DNA from: a virus
Lineage: Duplodnaviria; Heunggongvirae; Uroviricota; Caudoviricetes
Direction: 5' to 3' (one strand)
Length of the DNA stretch: 64,000 nt
Virus record (IMG/VR): IMGVR_UViG_3300017987_000047
Shown here: positions 38,804-47,727 of the stretch, piece by piece
How positions within the stretch are numbered: position 1 is the first letter of the stretch
Layout: every line of letters begins with the position of its first letter
Program-made: the position numbers and the translations under genes
Notes under the pieces: model-generated
What the model was told of the DNA's origin: nothing
Seen by the model: only the letters and a program-made list of their open reading frames with translations
The model's database searches: none

Positions 38804-39482
38804 AGTTCTTGGGTACGGCCTGAGTGACATTAAAGTCGAGAAATATAGTTTGGTGGACCCTCGCTTTACCTTACAAGGGGGAGCTTGGGATTATTTCTTA
38901 GAACTTTTAGCCTATGACATAAAACCAGAAGAATATATTTATTGGTTGCGTCACGATTTACTAAAACGGAATGAAGAGGAACTCGCAAGTGTCGGTATCC
39001 ACGATACTATAATGCTAAGATTATTGCTGGGGGAAAGCAAAAGGCGTAAGAAGTTTAAAAACTCTCTTAAGCTCGAAGAATGTTTAACCCACCAAAGCGA
39101 GTTCGGTTTTCCAAACGTAATGCTTTTTACTCCGCCCGATTATTTAGAAGAATGGGTCCAATGCGACTCCACCATGGACTGGGTTTCGGAAACATACGAG
39201 CATTCCCAAGAAAATAGAATTCTAGCTCTTCCAGGAATTTATCCTTACAATTCTTTACAAAATAAGGACGGCATAGTACCAAATAGTATAGAGGCGCAGG
39301 TTTTGTATGATCAAAGGCAAGCTGCCTTTGAAAAAGGGAAACTCCACGAAATAAAAGATACCTGGCCTGAAATCCCTCCCTCCGTTATAGCCTACATCCT
39401 ATTCCTTGGCATCTTTAGGGAAGATGTTTTTAGTGAAGTGGTCACCCAGCTTCGTCCTTATTTCTACGTTTATTGGTCTTAA
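38784..39482 (+). CDS. hypothetical protein
   Basis: MGIRVHKVLGYGL ... LRP..YVYWS. Confidence 0.75.
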   Translation: MGIRVHKVLGYGLSDIKVEKYSLVDPRFTLQGGAWDYFLELLAYDIKPEEYIYWLRHDLLKRNEEELASVGIHDTIMLRLLLGESKRRKKFKNSLKLEECLTHQSEFGFPNVMLFTPPDYLEEWVQCDSTMDWVSETYEHSQENRILALPGIYPYNSLQNKDGIVPNSIEAQVLYDQRQAAFEKGKLHEIKDTWPEIPPSVIAYILFLGIFREDVFSEVVTQLRPYFYVYWS

Positions 39483-39483
39483 A

Positions 39484-39912
39484 ATGAAATCCCCAAACGA
39501 GGATTTTTGGGTTTGGCGAACAAGCCCAAGTTTTGGTAACGGGACTTTTCATTTTCATAGCCTACCGACTCCAGAAGAAATGCTACGCGCATTTTTACTC
39601 CACGTAGAAGAGGAAAGTAATAGGAAAAATTATATCCTAACAAATATAAGAATGACGGCCACGCACTATTTTTATTCGCTGATTACTCAGCAGGCTGATG
39701 CAGATTTCTCTTATTATTTGCGATTGGGCGAATTCCTAAATTATGATCGAATCTTCCCTGATGAGTTTAATGCTCTTCCCCCTAAAGGAACCCTTCTCAC
39801 CTCTTCCCAAAACCTAGTTCGTAAAATTGGCAAAGCTTTGATCCAAGGGGATAAACAAAAACTTGTACGGCTAGGGGTTCAAGAGGAGTTTTTCAAATGG
39901 CTAAAAGAATAG
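39484..39912 (+). CDS. hypothetical protein with C-terminal LTH-R-AK motif
   Basis: LLTSSQNLVRKIGK. Confidence 0.7.
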   Translation: MKSPNEDFWVWRTSPSFGNGTFHFHSLPTPEEMLRAFLLHVEEESNRKNYILTNIRMTATHYFYSLITQQADADFSYYLRLGEFLNYDRIFPDEFNALPPKGTLLTSSQNLVRKIGKALIQGDKQKLVRLGVQEEFFKWLKE

Positions 39913-40319
39913 AAAACTTTGAAGAGACCACTTTTAAAGGAATTAGCAAATACCTAACTCATAGCGATCCCCGGGTTAGGAAAATAGTAAAAGATACATT
40001 AGAGATCCCGATGACTTCTGTCGGGGTAACCCAAAAACGATTAGATTATCTTCAAAAGCACTACAAAAACGCTGGCAAAGCCTATGAGGAAATCACAGAA
40101 AACCCTTCCTCGAGAAAAGAACTCACAGAAGCTTTTAATTACCTTATGGCTGTTGGGAATCTTCTTACGGATTTTCTAATATTCGAAAAAATTCGTCTTG
40201 ATCAAGTTTCTATGGAATTTAAGGAACAAAGGTTAAAGGACGAAAAGAAGTCTAATTATTTGATCCTATTAATTACTACAATCGGTATCCTGAGCATCTT
40301 TCTACTGGAGTTACTATAA
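39897..40319 (+). CDS. N-terminal LTH-R-AK motif + C-terminal TM helix
   Basis: YLTHSDPRVRKIVK; hydrophobic tail. Confidence 0.7.
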   Translation: MAKRIENFEETTFKGISKYLTHSDPRVRKIVKDTLEIPMTSVGVTQKRLDYLQKHYKNAGKAYEEITENPSSRKELTEAFNYLMAVGNLLTDFLIFEKIRLDQVSMEFKEQRLKDEKKSNYLILLITTIGILSIFLLELL

Positions 40320-40615
40320 TGTCAGAAAAGGTCAATAAAGAACAAATTAACAAAGCTTTTGATGCTGTTAAGACAAAACTAGAAAAGGCGATGGGAAAGT
40401 ACGGTAATAAGCCTTTTTCTAGTGTCTATTCGGCAATGGGGGTGCTCCTGGAAGAGTGGAATGAAGTACAACAGGCAATCCACGAGCATAAGGAGATTCA
40501 TCCTGAGGTCCTTTCAGAGTTTGAAGATCTATGTGTTGTTGCTCTTTGGTCTGTCGCATCTTTCCAATCGAAATTAGGTGAGAAGCAACATAGAATTGGG
40601 GACGTACTACCTTAA
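40319..40615 (+). CDS. MazG-like nucleotide pyrophosphohydrolase
   Basis: GVLLEEWNEV...EFEDLCVVA. Confidence 0.55.
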   Translation: MSEKVNKEQINKAFDAVKTKLEKAMGKYGNKPFSSVYSAMGVLLEEWNEVQQAIHEHKEIHPEVLSEFEDLCVVALWSVASFQSKLGEKQHRIGDVLP

Positions 40616-41046
40616 TGTTTAACTTTAGCAAAGACAAGCTTTTCGCGAAACGCAAAAATGTTTTAGTTTGGCTTGGGAAAGAGGATTTTCCTGCAACTGA
40701 AATGATGCAGGAAGAAGCACCAAACCACACAATAACGCCTTGCAAAGCAACTGATGGGCTTTGCCGAGAAAAAGATATTCTCCTTGGTGTTCTAGGAACC
40801 CCTGCCGATACTTGGAGACTCCTGCTGCATGAAGTAGCCCATGCACGTTTGCCGCACATCCCACCACCTGGGCATACTTCCGAGTGGTTATTGGAATATG
40901 TGCGGTTAATTTGTAAATGGGGAATGGGAGTGCTCCCGTCGCATAGCGACTTAATTGCTTATGCAGTCCTTGAGGATATCCCATTGTCCTTTTCAAACAC
41001 CTTAAAGGGGTTAGTGTCTAAGAGGCCGGGGAAAGATAATGATTAA
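40615..41046 (+). CDS. HEXXH (SprT-like) metalloprotease domain protein
   Basis: LLHEVAHA....GH..EW. Confidence 0.6.
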   Translation: MFNFSKDKLFAKRKNVLVWLGKEDFPATEMMQEEAPNHTITPCKATDGLCREKDILLGVLGTPADTWRLLLHEVAHARLPHIPPPGHTSEWLLEYVRLICKWGMGVLPSHSDLIAYAVLEDIPLSFSNTLKGLVSKRPGKDND

Positions 41047-41428
41047 AGTTCATTATGAACCTCATGGAGAAGAAGCCCCTCTTTTCTTTGATAACTCGAC
41101 CTCCCTCGGAGAAATAAAACTTTTTCTCATCGAACGGCTTAATCGAGTCGCGGCCGTGGCGGATCACCAGCCAAAGATAATACAGCTACGGGAAGCAGCG
41201 TCTTCTTCGACAGACCTCTTCAATCCATATTTCTATGATGAGCCGACGTGTGAGCGTTATATCCTGGACTACGATTATTTTGACCTGACTGTAAATGCAA
41301 GGATTAAACATAAGTTCGCTGTCGTAATCAAAAAGGTAGAGGACCCAATTAAAATTCGGGTTAAGAAATATCTCACAAATGCATGCCCAACAATTCGGGA
41401 CATAGCAAAGAAACTAATTGAAAAATGA
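41039..41428 (+). CDS. LTH-R-AK motif protein, tandem paralog A
   Basis: AVVIKKVEDPI...KYLTNACPTIRDIAK. Confidence 0.75.
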   Translation: MIKVHYEPHGEEAPLFFDNSTSLGEIKLFLIERLNRVAAVADHQPKIIQLREAASSSTDLFNPYFYDEPTCERYILDYDYFDLTVNARIKHKFAVVIKKVEDPIKIRVKKYLTNACPTIRDIAKKLIEK

Positions 41429-41820
41429 TTAAAGTATTTTTTGAGATGATGGGGGATGACCTTTTTCTTTTCGATGATTTAACAACCCAGAAAGAAATTG
41501 AACTTTTCTTAGCAGCAACTGCAATAAAATACGTCACGGAGAAAAACATAAAACGGATGGAGCTAAGACCCGCAATGAAAATTGAGGTAGACCCTGACAT
41601 CTCTTTGTCTAATGACTTTGTGACTAACGATCCCGACCTTGAATTTTTTACGGGGGAAAACCTTGAAGATTGTTATGTTTTCGAATGCTTAAAAGCCTGC
41701 GGGGGTTGGAAGTACGCAGTTATAATCAAAAAGGTAGAGGATCCAATCGAAGTGCAGGCTGAGAAGTATCTCACACACGAATCCCCTATCATCCGGAAAA
41801 TGGCTAAGGATTTAGGATGA
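41425..41820 (+). CDS. LTH-R-AK motif protein, tandem paralog B
   Basis: AVIIKKVEDPI...KYLTHESPIIRKMAK. Confidence 0.75.
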   Translation: MIKVFFEMMGDDLFLFDDLTTQKEIELFLAATAIKYVTEKNIKRMELRPAMKIEVDPDISLSNDFVTNDPDLEFFTGENLEDCYVFECLKACGGWKYAVIIKKVEDPIEVQAEKYLTHESPIIRKMAKDLG

Positions 41821-42314
41821 ATAAAGTTTTTGTACAAGCACAACAATTCGAGTACGACTTTTATGACAAATCCTTTGATGCCTTCCAGCCTAGGATACTT
41901 TGCCTTTCTCCAGAGGACGCAAAAAAAGAAGTAATAGCCTTGGATTGGCTGCTTATCGAAGAAGAAGAAAAGCTGTGGGTTGGTTTTTATAACCCAGAAA
42001 AGTTTAAGAAACAAGGCCGAATTACACAACCCTTCCTTAAAAAACTTATTAAATACCAGAAAAAAGAGAAAAAATTCTATATAGGAAAAGAAGTTTTTGA
42101 CCACGTTTTTCTAAGTATCGGCAGGGAGGAGGAATGGGATGGCAAGACGTCTAAGATGCAAGAATTTATTGATGCCCTGGGAATTAATTTTGACCCAGGC
42201 ATCCAAAAGGGTGTAAAAAGACCCCAAGAATATTTAACTCACAAAGACCTAACTATAAGAAGGTTTGCGAAGGAAGTAATCGGAAACTTACCAAGTATCT
42301 CAGGAGGCATTTAA
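41817..42314 (+). CDS. hypothetical protein with C-terminal LTH-R-AK motif
   Basis: YLTHKDLTIRRFAK. Confidence 0.75.
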   Translation: MNKVFVQAQQFEYDFYDKSFDAFQPRILCLSPEDAKKEVIALDWLLIEEEEKLWVGFYNPEKFKKQGRITQPFLKKLIKYQKKEKKFYIGKEVFDHVFLSIGREEEWDGKTSKMQEFIDALGINFDPGIQKGVKRPQEYLTHKDLTIRRFAKEVIGNLPSISGGI

Positions 42315-42315
42315 G

Positions 42316-42654
42316 ATGAGCAACACAACAAGCCCAACAGTAACCATAACTCGTTTAATTGAGCGCGTGGATTATAACGCCGAACCCGATTTGAGAGGAT
42401 ACTACCCAGTTATCAAAGGAGAGTTTCACGAGGACCAAAAAACAGACCAACGTATGGGACACCAAACATTTAAGGACCTCCTTATTACCCTTAAAAGGGT
42501 GAATAAAGAAGCAAAGATAACACTCCGCCCAGATATTACAGAGGTAGAAGACCATACGGAGAGAATTGTTCCATGCCAAGCAGTTCAAGTAGATTATCCC
42601 CCAATAATCGGGATTGCTGAACGCCGTGTCTTCTGTATGCATCTCAAGGAATAA
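42316..42654 (+). CDS. hypothetical protein
   Basis: AGGAGG SD. Confidence 0.65.
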   Translation: MSNTTSPTVTITRLIERVDYNAEPDLRGYYPVIKGEFHEDQKTDQRMGHQTFKDLLITLKRVNKEAKITLRPDITEVEDHTERIVPCQAVQVDYPPIIGIAERRVFCMHLKE

Positions 42655-42675
42655 CAATCGTTGCCTTCTAGTCTA

Positions 42676-42957
42676 ATGTATAAAAGTTATCTTACATCAA
42701 AAGACCCAGACCTCCGAAACCTCGCAAAAGAAATGCTGGAAGAAGAAAAGAAAGAAAAGGCTCGTAGGCTTGGACTTAGAAAAAAGAAAAACCAGGGGTT
42801 TCTTTTATTCTTTGTCGTTTGTTATGTTGCTTTAGGGCTACTAATGCTCGCGGGTAACATTTTTACGGGGATACGGGAAGGTGGGTGGTATGGCACTTTA
42901 GGTTCCATCCTATTTATTCTCCCTTGGGCTGTACTCGGATTTAAGGAAGGGCCATGA
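42676..42957 (+). CDS. N-terminal LTH-R-AK motif + two TM helices
   Basis: YLTSKDPDLRNLAK; hydrophobic C-terminal half. Confidence 0.7.
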   Translation: MYKSYLTSKDPDLRNLAKEMLEEEKKEKARRLGLRKKKNQGFLLFFVVCYVALGLLMLAGNIFTGIREGGWYGTLGSILFILPWAVLGFKEGP

Positions 42958-43451
42958 AACAATTAACTCCATTTCCATCCTTCGATGAAGTTGAAGAGAA
43001 CGATATCCTTTTTATTGGAGGGGAGCTGCTAGATACTTCCGTTGCCCTCTACTATTGGGCCAACTCTGAAAATAGCGAATCCCTTTCCGCCCGCACGTTT
43101 GCGGAGGATCTCTTTTTCAGTAATTGGGTCTATATCCCCAACGAAGGGATTCTAGATTATTTTTCTAAGTTCTTTGATTACCGGCAATATGTTGGGGATA
43201 GTATCTTCGCAACTTCTACTACACGCAATCCCGATGCTTTCCCAATATTTATTCAAATCGAACCTCAAGCCGACGACTACGCTATCATCTGTGTACAAAG
43301 CAAATATATGAAGACAGAGGAACGCCTGTTCCTTCCACCTAAACTAGTTAAAGAAACCGACGTATTCTTAACTCATAACGATCATGCTGTCCGTAGAGAA
43401 ATAGCAAAACTTCATACGGAGAGGATCAATGAGGCAGATGAGGAAGTCTAA
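42954..43451 (+). CDS. hypothetical protein with C-terminal LTH-R-AK motif
   Basis: FLTHNDHAVRREIAK. Confidence 0.7.
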   Translation: MKQLTPFPSFDEVEENDILFIGGELLDTSVALYYWANSENSESLSARTFAEDLFFSNWVYIPNEGILDYFSKFFDYRQYVGDSIFATSTTRNPDAFPIFIQIEPQADDYAIICVQSKYMKTEERLFLPPKLVKETDVFLTHNDHAVRREIAKLHTERINEADEEV

Positions 43452-43836
43452 ACTAAAAGAAGATCTGAAGTTTGGTCTTAAAAAACGTCTTACAGACCCA
43501 GTGCCCGAAATTCGAGAAATATGCAGAATACTCCTCGCTAACCAAAATAAGTGGGATAAAGATTATATCGAACAGGTAGGAGACCTAAGAGTTAAGAAGC
43601 TAAGAAAATTGGTGGAGGATTCTGAAAAAGAGTGGGATAAGAATATAGATAAACTCAGCGAAGAAATTCTCAAAGGAATAAAGCCAAACGACGCTCTTAC
43701 CTGGGCGAAGGCAAGGACCCCCAACCTTAGTCTTCTTCGGGAGCACTTAAATAGGTGTTCTTTTTTTCAACATCTTTTGATAAGCCTTTTTAACGAAGAT
43801 TTTAGAGAGGATGAATCTTTTTTAGATTATATATAA
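43429..43836 (+). CDS. hypothetical protein with N-terminal motif variant
   Basis: RLTDPVPEIREICR. Confidence 0.65.
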   Translation: MRQMRKSKLKEDLKFGLKKRLTDPVPEIREICRILLANQNKWDKDYIEQVGDLRVKKLRKLVEDSEKEWDKNIDKLSEEILKGIKPNDALTWAKARTPNLSLLREHLNRCSFFQHLLISLFNEDFREDESFLDYI

Positions 43837-43899
43837 CAAAAAAGAAAAATTGTAATAATCTATTAATCTAGAATTGGTAATACATTAATGGAGGATAAA

Positions 43900-43986
43900 A
43901 TGTACGTCAGTCAGAATATCACAACCTACCCGACGACAGCCCGACCCGCAGGGGCAACCTCCGCGACACCAGCCCCACGGGGCTAA
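43900..43986 (+). CDS. 28-aa micro-peptide MYVSQNITTYPTTARPAGATSATPAPRG
   Basis: GGAGG SD 5 nt upstream; upstream cassette shared with the 34887 peptide. Confidence 0.55.
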   Translation: MYVSQNITTYPTTARPAGATSATPAPRG

Positions 43987-44039
43987 CATATTTTTCCACA
44001 CATACAATTTGAGTCTTCGAAAAACATTAACAAGGATTA

Positions 44040-44468
44040 ATGCCTATGTTAACGTTTCTTCCAAAAACCGAGACAAAAGAACTTCTCGGAAAAGAAACAA
44101 CCCCAGTAGTCACCTACGTAATTGGCTATAAAAGTTGGGAGAGGGATAGAAAAGAATTAATACGGTTGCAGCAAACTTATGGAAATCTGTTAGCGTGGTT
44201 TCTAAGGCATGGCTTGACAACCAGTGACACGCAAAAAGCACATATTGAGAAAATGAGTTCCCTGTTAGGAGCTTGTCCAAGCCATTCAGCAATATTAGGA
44301 AGTGACCGCTACCGGAACGCTATTTGGGGACTTAAGTGGGAAGGAAACAAAGCATTGCTTTTCCTTTCCATAAAAGGTTTTCAGCTTGAAGTCGACAAGG
44401 ATTTTGATGCAACAAAGATCGAAGAATTCCTTAATTACCTAGCAAGCCGAATTTTAGAGGATAACTAA
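44040..44468 (+). CDS. hypothetical protein
   Basis: operonic ORF. Confidence 0.65.
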   Translation: MPMLTFLPKTETKELLGKETTPVVTYVIGYKSWERDRKELIRLQQTYGNLLAWFLRHGLTTSDTQKAHIEKMSSLLGACPSHSAILGSDRYRNAIWGLKWEGNKALLFLSIKGFQLEVDKDFDATKIEEFLNYLASRILEDN

Positions 44469-44884
44469 TGGATGACGCACTGTTTGAGAAACTGCTAAAA
44501 GAAACAATGGAACCCCAGTTTCGGATGAAGCATCTCGTTAATTATGCCCGGCGAGAAGATATGAGCCCAGAAGGGACCCTATCGCTGATGATGCAAGATG
44601 ATGGAGATATCATATTAGTGGCACGCGGGCAAGATCATCTAGAAACCGAGTATAGAGAAGCACAGGTTGAGTTTTGTACCTGCGGCGCCGGGGGAGGACA
44701 TTCCCCCCGCGTGAGAAAAGCATTAATCGCACTCGCATGTGCCATCACATTAGATAACCAAGAATCGCCAATTGGAAAACCAGACATTGATAGGGCATCC
44801 GAATTACATACGGGGATGCTAAAAGGAGCTTCACAAGAGACCCCAGGACCGTTCACAAAGGATCTACCCGAAAATGAAAGATAA
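44468..44884 (+). CDS. hypothetical protein
   Basis: DGDI...VEFCT.G.GGG.SPR. Confidence 0.65.
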   Translation: MDDALFEKLLKETMEPQFRMKHLVNYARREDMSPEGTLSLMMQDDGDIILVARGQDHLETEYREAQVEFCTCGAGGGHSPRVRKALIALACAITLDNQESPIGKPDIDRASELHTGMLKGASQETPGPFTKDLPENER

Positions 44885-45048
44885 AAGATTAATAAAAATT
44901 GAAGAAGCCCTAAAACTTCCAATAGAAGGGATTAATAAGCAGATTGAAGTGCGAAAGCACCTCATTAACCAAATGGTTGGAACCCTTTATCCTTCGATAC
45001 TGTGGGACGAAATTGAAAAACTTGAAGATTGTCTCGAGGAGTTGAAAA

Positions 45049-45723
45049 ATGAAAGTACTTAAAGTAAAAAAGAATAAGAAAACAGTAGTCACCGAGAAAA
45101 TTATTCACGAAACCGATTTAGGGTTTCTGATGACCGAAACGATTATAAACGGGAAACATAAAGGGGTGACCCTATCCTGTAAAGATAAAGGTTTGGACCC
45201 CTTTGTTCTAGACCTGCCAGAAGATTGGGCCGAAAATTACGAAGATTTTTATGGCCTGCTTGGTTGTTACCAAATCAAGCCTAAAACAGTCGATGAGGTA
45301 GACGAAGATAAAATCTATTTTGTTTATTCGTCCGGGCATATGTTATTTGATAAGAATAGGCGAATTATATCGGTACCTTATCTCTTTAATTATATCGGAT
45401 CCTTACGCGAAAAAGAGCCAAACGATCCGATATATGCGAAGTTAATTAAGCTCCTAAAGAAGCATCCCTATTTTCTATCTCTTGAAGAAGAAGAGATTCC
45501 ATATTATAATTGCAGCTTTTCAGGGCAAAAAGGAATTGCAGAAGCAAAAGTACTTCTTCCTCAAGATAAGTATGAAGAGATATATGAAAAATATAAAGAC
45601 GATGAGTTTTGGTCGTGCCGGTTAACGGACCATCTATCGATGTCCCTCAACTGTGTCGGAATTTATGGGGATGAGGTTGACGCACTTCTTAAAGAGTATT
45701 GGAGGAAGAAAGAAGATTTTTAA
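45049..45723 (+). CDS. hypothetical protein
   Basis: GAGGAG SD. Confidence 0.7.
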   Translation: MKVLKVKKNKKTVVTEKIIHETDLGFLMTETIINGKHKGVTLSCKDKGLDPFVLDLPEDWAENYEDFYGLLGCYQIKPKTVDEVDEDKIYFVYSSGHMLFDKNRRIISVPYLFNYIGSLREKEPNDPIYAKLIKLLKKHPYFLSLEEEEIPYYNCSFSGQKGIAEAKVLLPQDKYEEIYEKYKDDEFWSCRLTDHLSMSLNCVGIYGDEVDALLKEYWRKKEDF

Positions 45724-45762
45724 GTCGCTGGTACTATCTAGCCCATGATTAAGGGATTTAAT

Positions 45763-46071
45763 ATGCAAATCAAAGCTGTTATTAACGTAAAGCACGGAGG
45801 GTTTGGAGTATCAAAAAAAGCTGTTTTACGACTACGCGAATTAGGCCACAAGGATGCTCTAAAAGAAGAAATTAGAGATGATAATTATAACAGCTACTTA
45901 TGGGACACCTGTAGAATTGATCCCCTCTTAGTTCAAGTAGTTGAAGAACTCGGAGAAGAAGCCTACGGGGCGCATGCCGAACTAGAAATAGTCGAAGGAG
46001 ACATAGGGATAGAACTTGATAACTACGACGGTTATGAAAGTAACCCTCGAATCACCGGATGGCTATGCTAA
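45763..46071 (+). CDS. phage-type hypothetical protein
   Basis: VIN..HGGFG.S..A...R.DP.LVQVVEELG. Confidence 0.7.
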   Translation: MQIKAVINVKHGGFGVSKKAVLRLRELGHKDALKEEIRDDNYNSYLWDTCRIDPLLVQVVEELGEEAYGAHAELEIVEGDIGIELDNYDGYESNPRITGWLC

Positions 46072-46418
46072 TGGAACGAAATATACTTGAGGGAGTTTGG
46101 GTCGAAATTATCGACGAAGAAGATTTCAAGTCCTATTTTAGGGATATACGAGTACAGAGAGGAAAATATCTTGGCCCCGGAAAATACTTGAAATTGTATT
46201 ATGAGCAACCTTGTCCCCGCGGTTGTTGTTATGATACCGTAATTGAATTATTGTCCAGCGAGGAAGCAAAAAAGGAAGTCCTTGAGTCCCTAGAAGAACA
46301 TCTATTTTTGTTAGAGCCCCTTTTCGGAGGAGACCTTGCTACTAAATTATTAACACACGAAGACCCGGAAGTACGTTGCTTAGCAGCAAGTCAGATTAAA
46401 GTTTTAGAGGAGTTTTAA
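46071..46418 (+). CDS. hypothetical protein with C-terminal LTH-R-AK motif
   Basis: LLTHEDPEVRCLAA. Confidence 0.7.
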   Translation: MERNILEGVWVEIIDEEDFKSYFRDIRVQRGKYLGPGKYLKLYYEQPCPRGCCYDTVIELLSSEEAKKEVLESLEEHLFLLEPLFGGDLATKLLTHEDPEVRCLAASQIKVLEEF

Positions 46419-47035
46419 TTGAAATGGCCACGCTAAAACAAACAGCAGCTCGAGAAAAAATGACGCCCCACGAACTATTGAAACAATGGGGAAGAGATTC
46501 CTTTGCGAATAATAAGGAATTGCCCTCTCTGCTTGCTCTCCGGTTTACCTGGAAAACAATCCATACCCTATCCCAGCTATGTGAAAAGGATTGGGAAGAT
46601 TTAACGGAAAGTGAGCGAAGTTTAGTTCTTGATGGTTTTTATGAAGCTAAGTATGCGAAAATGGAAGATTAGTTGTGATGACAATACTATATCATAATAA
46701 CGGAGAAGTCTATGGGGAAGTAGAGGAAGTTGATGGGAAAACTCTTGTTACTGTCTATACAAATAAACGTCTATTGCGTGGGGATGTCGCATTTCGTTGG
46801 GTAAACGAGAAAGGACTTCCCTTAGAGATAATACGAGAAACCCTAAATAAATATGATGCTGATGTAGAACTGTTAACCTATACTCTCTCCGGAATACAAC
46901 ATATCTTAAAATCAAAAGGTTTTAAGTTTGAGCAGTAAGTTTTGACTGTAAGTTTGAAGCAGTAAGTTTTGTGAGAGGTTTGACTGTAAGTTTGAAACAG
47001 TAAGTTTTGAAGCAGTAAGTTTTGTGAGACAATAC

Positions 47036-47107
47036 CGGGGTGTAGTCGCGGGGAGCGACGTCTGCTTCGGAAGCAGAAGGCGGCAGGTTCGACCCCTGCC
47101 ACCCCGA
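47036..47107 (+). tRNA. tRNA-Pro(CGG)
   Basis: CGGGGTG/CACCCCG-A, tctgc-TTCGGAA-gcaga, GGTTCGACCCC. Confidence 0.9.
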
Positions 47108-47145
47108 CTTGAGATAGTAAGTTTGAAACAGTAAGTTTTGTGAGA

Positions 47146-47220
47146 GGGCTCGCATGTTCCAAGGGTAGGCGATCTGGACTTGCAATCCGGATGAGGTGAG
47201 TTCGATTCTCACCGGGTCCA
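47146..47220 (+). tRNA. tRNA-Ala(TGC)
   Basis: G3:U70 pair in GGGCTCG/CGGGTCC-A, ctgga-CTTGCAA-tccgg. Confidence 0.9.
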
Positions 47221-47237
47221 TTTGAGTAAGTTTGAAG

Positions 47238-47342
47238 CAGAGCGTGGAGGAGTCTGGATGTCCTCGTCCGCCAAGGACCGTTATATAACGGACGCCACCC
47301 CTTGGACGCGGAAGAACGTGGGTTCAAATCCCACCGCTCTGA
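47238..47342 (+). tRNA. tRNA-Pro-like gene with 29-nt insertion in the anticodon arm
   Basis: CAGAGCG/CGCTCTG-A, GAGG/CCTC D stem, TCCGC/GCGGA stem enclosing 36 nt, GGTTCAAATCC. Confidence 0.7.
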
Positions 47343-47353
47343 TGCAAATAAAT

Positions 47354-47683
47354 GCCAACGTAGCTCAATTAGGCAGAGCAGCTCACTTGTTTGAATACGA
47401 GCGCCTATAATGAAAGTTGTAGGATGAACCGGGTGAATTCAGGGAAGGCTAAGTCTTTTAGGATATGTTAACCCTGAGCCAAGCCAGAAGTACACTTCTG
47501 GAAGGTGCAGAGACTACTGGAGAGGTTCAGCCCTCTTAATAACCAGCTAGAGCGCCCGGCACCCTAACGAGGAAGACGAGGGTGGTGAGATAGTCCAACA
47601 CTTATTGGAAACAATAAGGAAAAAGAGAACAGTTCTCTTTTGTGGTAATGAGCAGGTTGTCAGTTCGATTCTGACCGTTGGCT
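47354..47683 (+). tRNA. tRNA-Thr(TGT) interrupted by a group I intron
   Basis: exon 1 47354-47388, exon 2 47645-47683; spliced loop CT-TGT-AA in GCTCA/TGAGC stem; GCCAACG/CGTTGGC acceptor. Confidence 0.9.
47389..47644 (+). ncRNA. group I self-splicing intron (IC3-like, 256 nt, no ORF)
   Basis: GAATTCAGGGAA (P), AACCCTGAGCCAAG (Q), GTGCAGAGACTA (R), GAGATAGTCC (S); P1 CUU|GU:ACGAG with U.G; terminal G. Confidence 0.9.
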
Positions 47684-47727
47684 CTAACAAGTGCCTTTTA
47701 AGGGCCGATCCTTGGGGCCTAGCGAAG

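Larger units (their letters stand above)
46923..47237 (+). repeat. TAAGTTT(T)G repeats upstream of and between tRNAs
   Basis: 10 copies at ~46923, 46936, 46949, 46963, 46987, 47001, 47016, 47118, 47132, 47227. Confidence 0.85.

Noticed and set aside
46923-47237. CRISPR array
   Set aside because: Repeat units are only ~8-14 bp, irregularly spaced, without unique 30-40 bp spacers; no cas genes.
47354-47683. tRNA-Thr(GGT) reading of the spliced product
   Set aside because: Would require the intron to end in U rather than the conserved terminal G and would misplace the P1 U.G pair.
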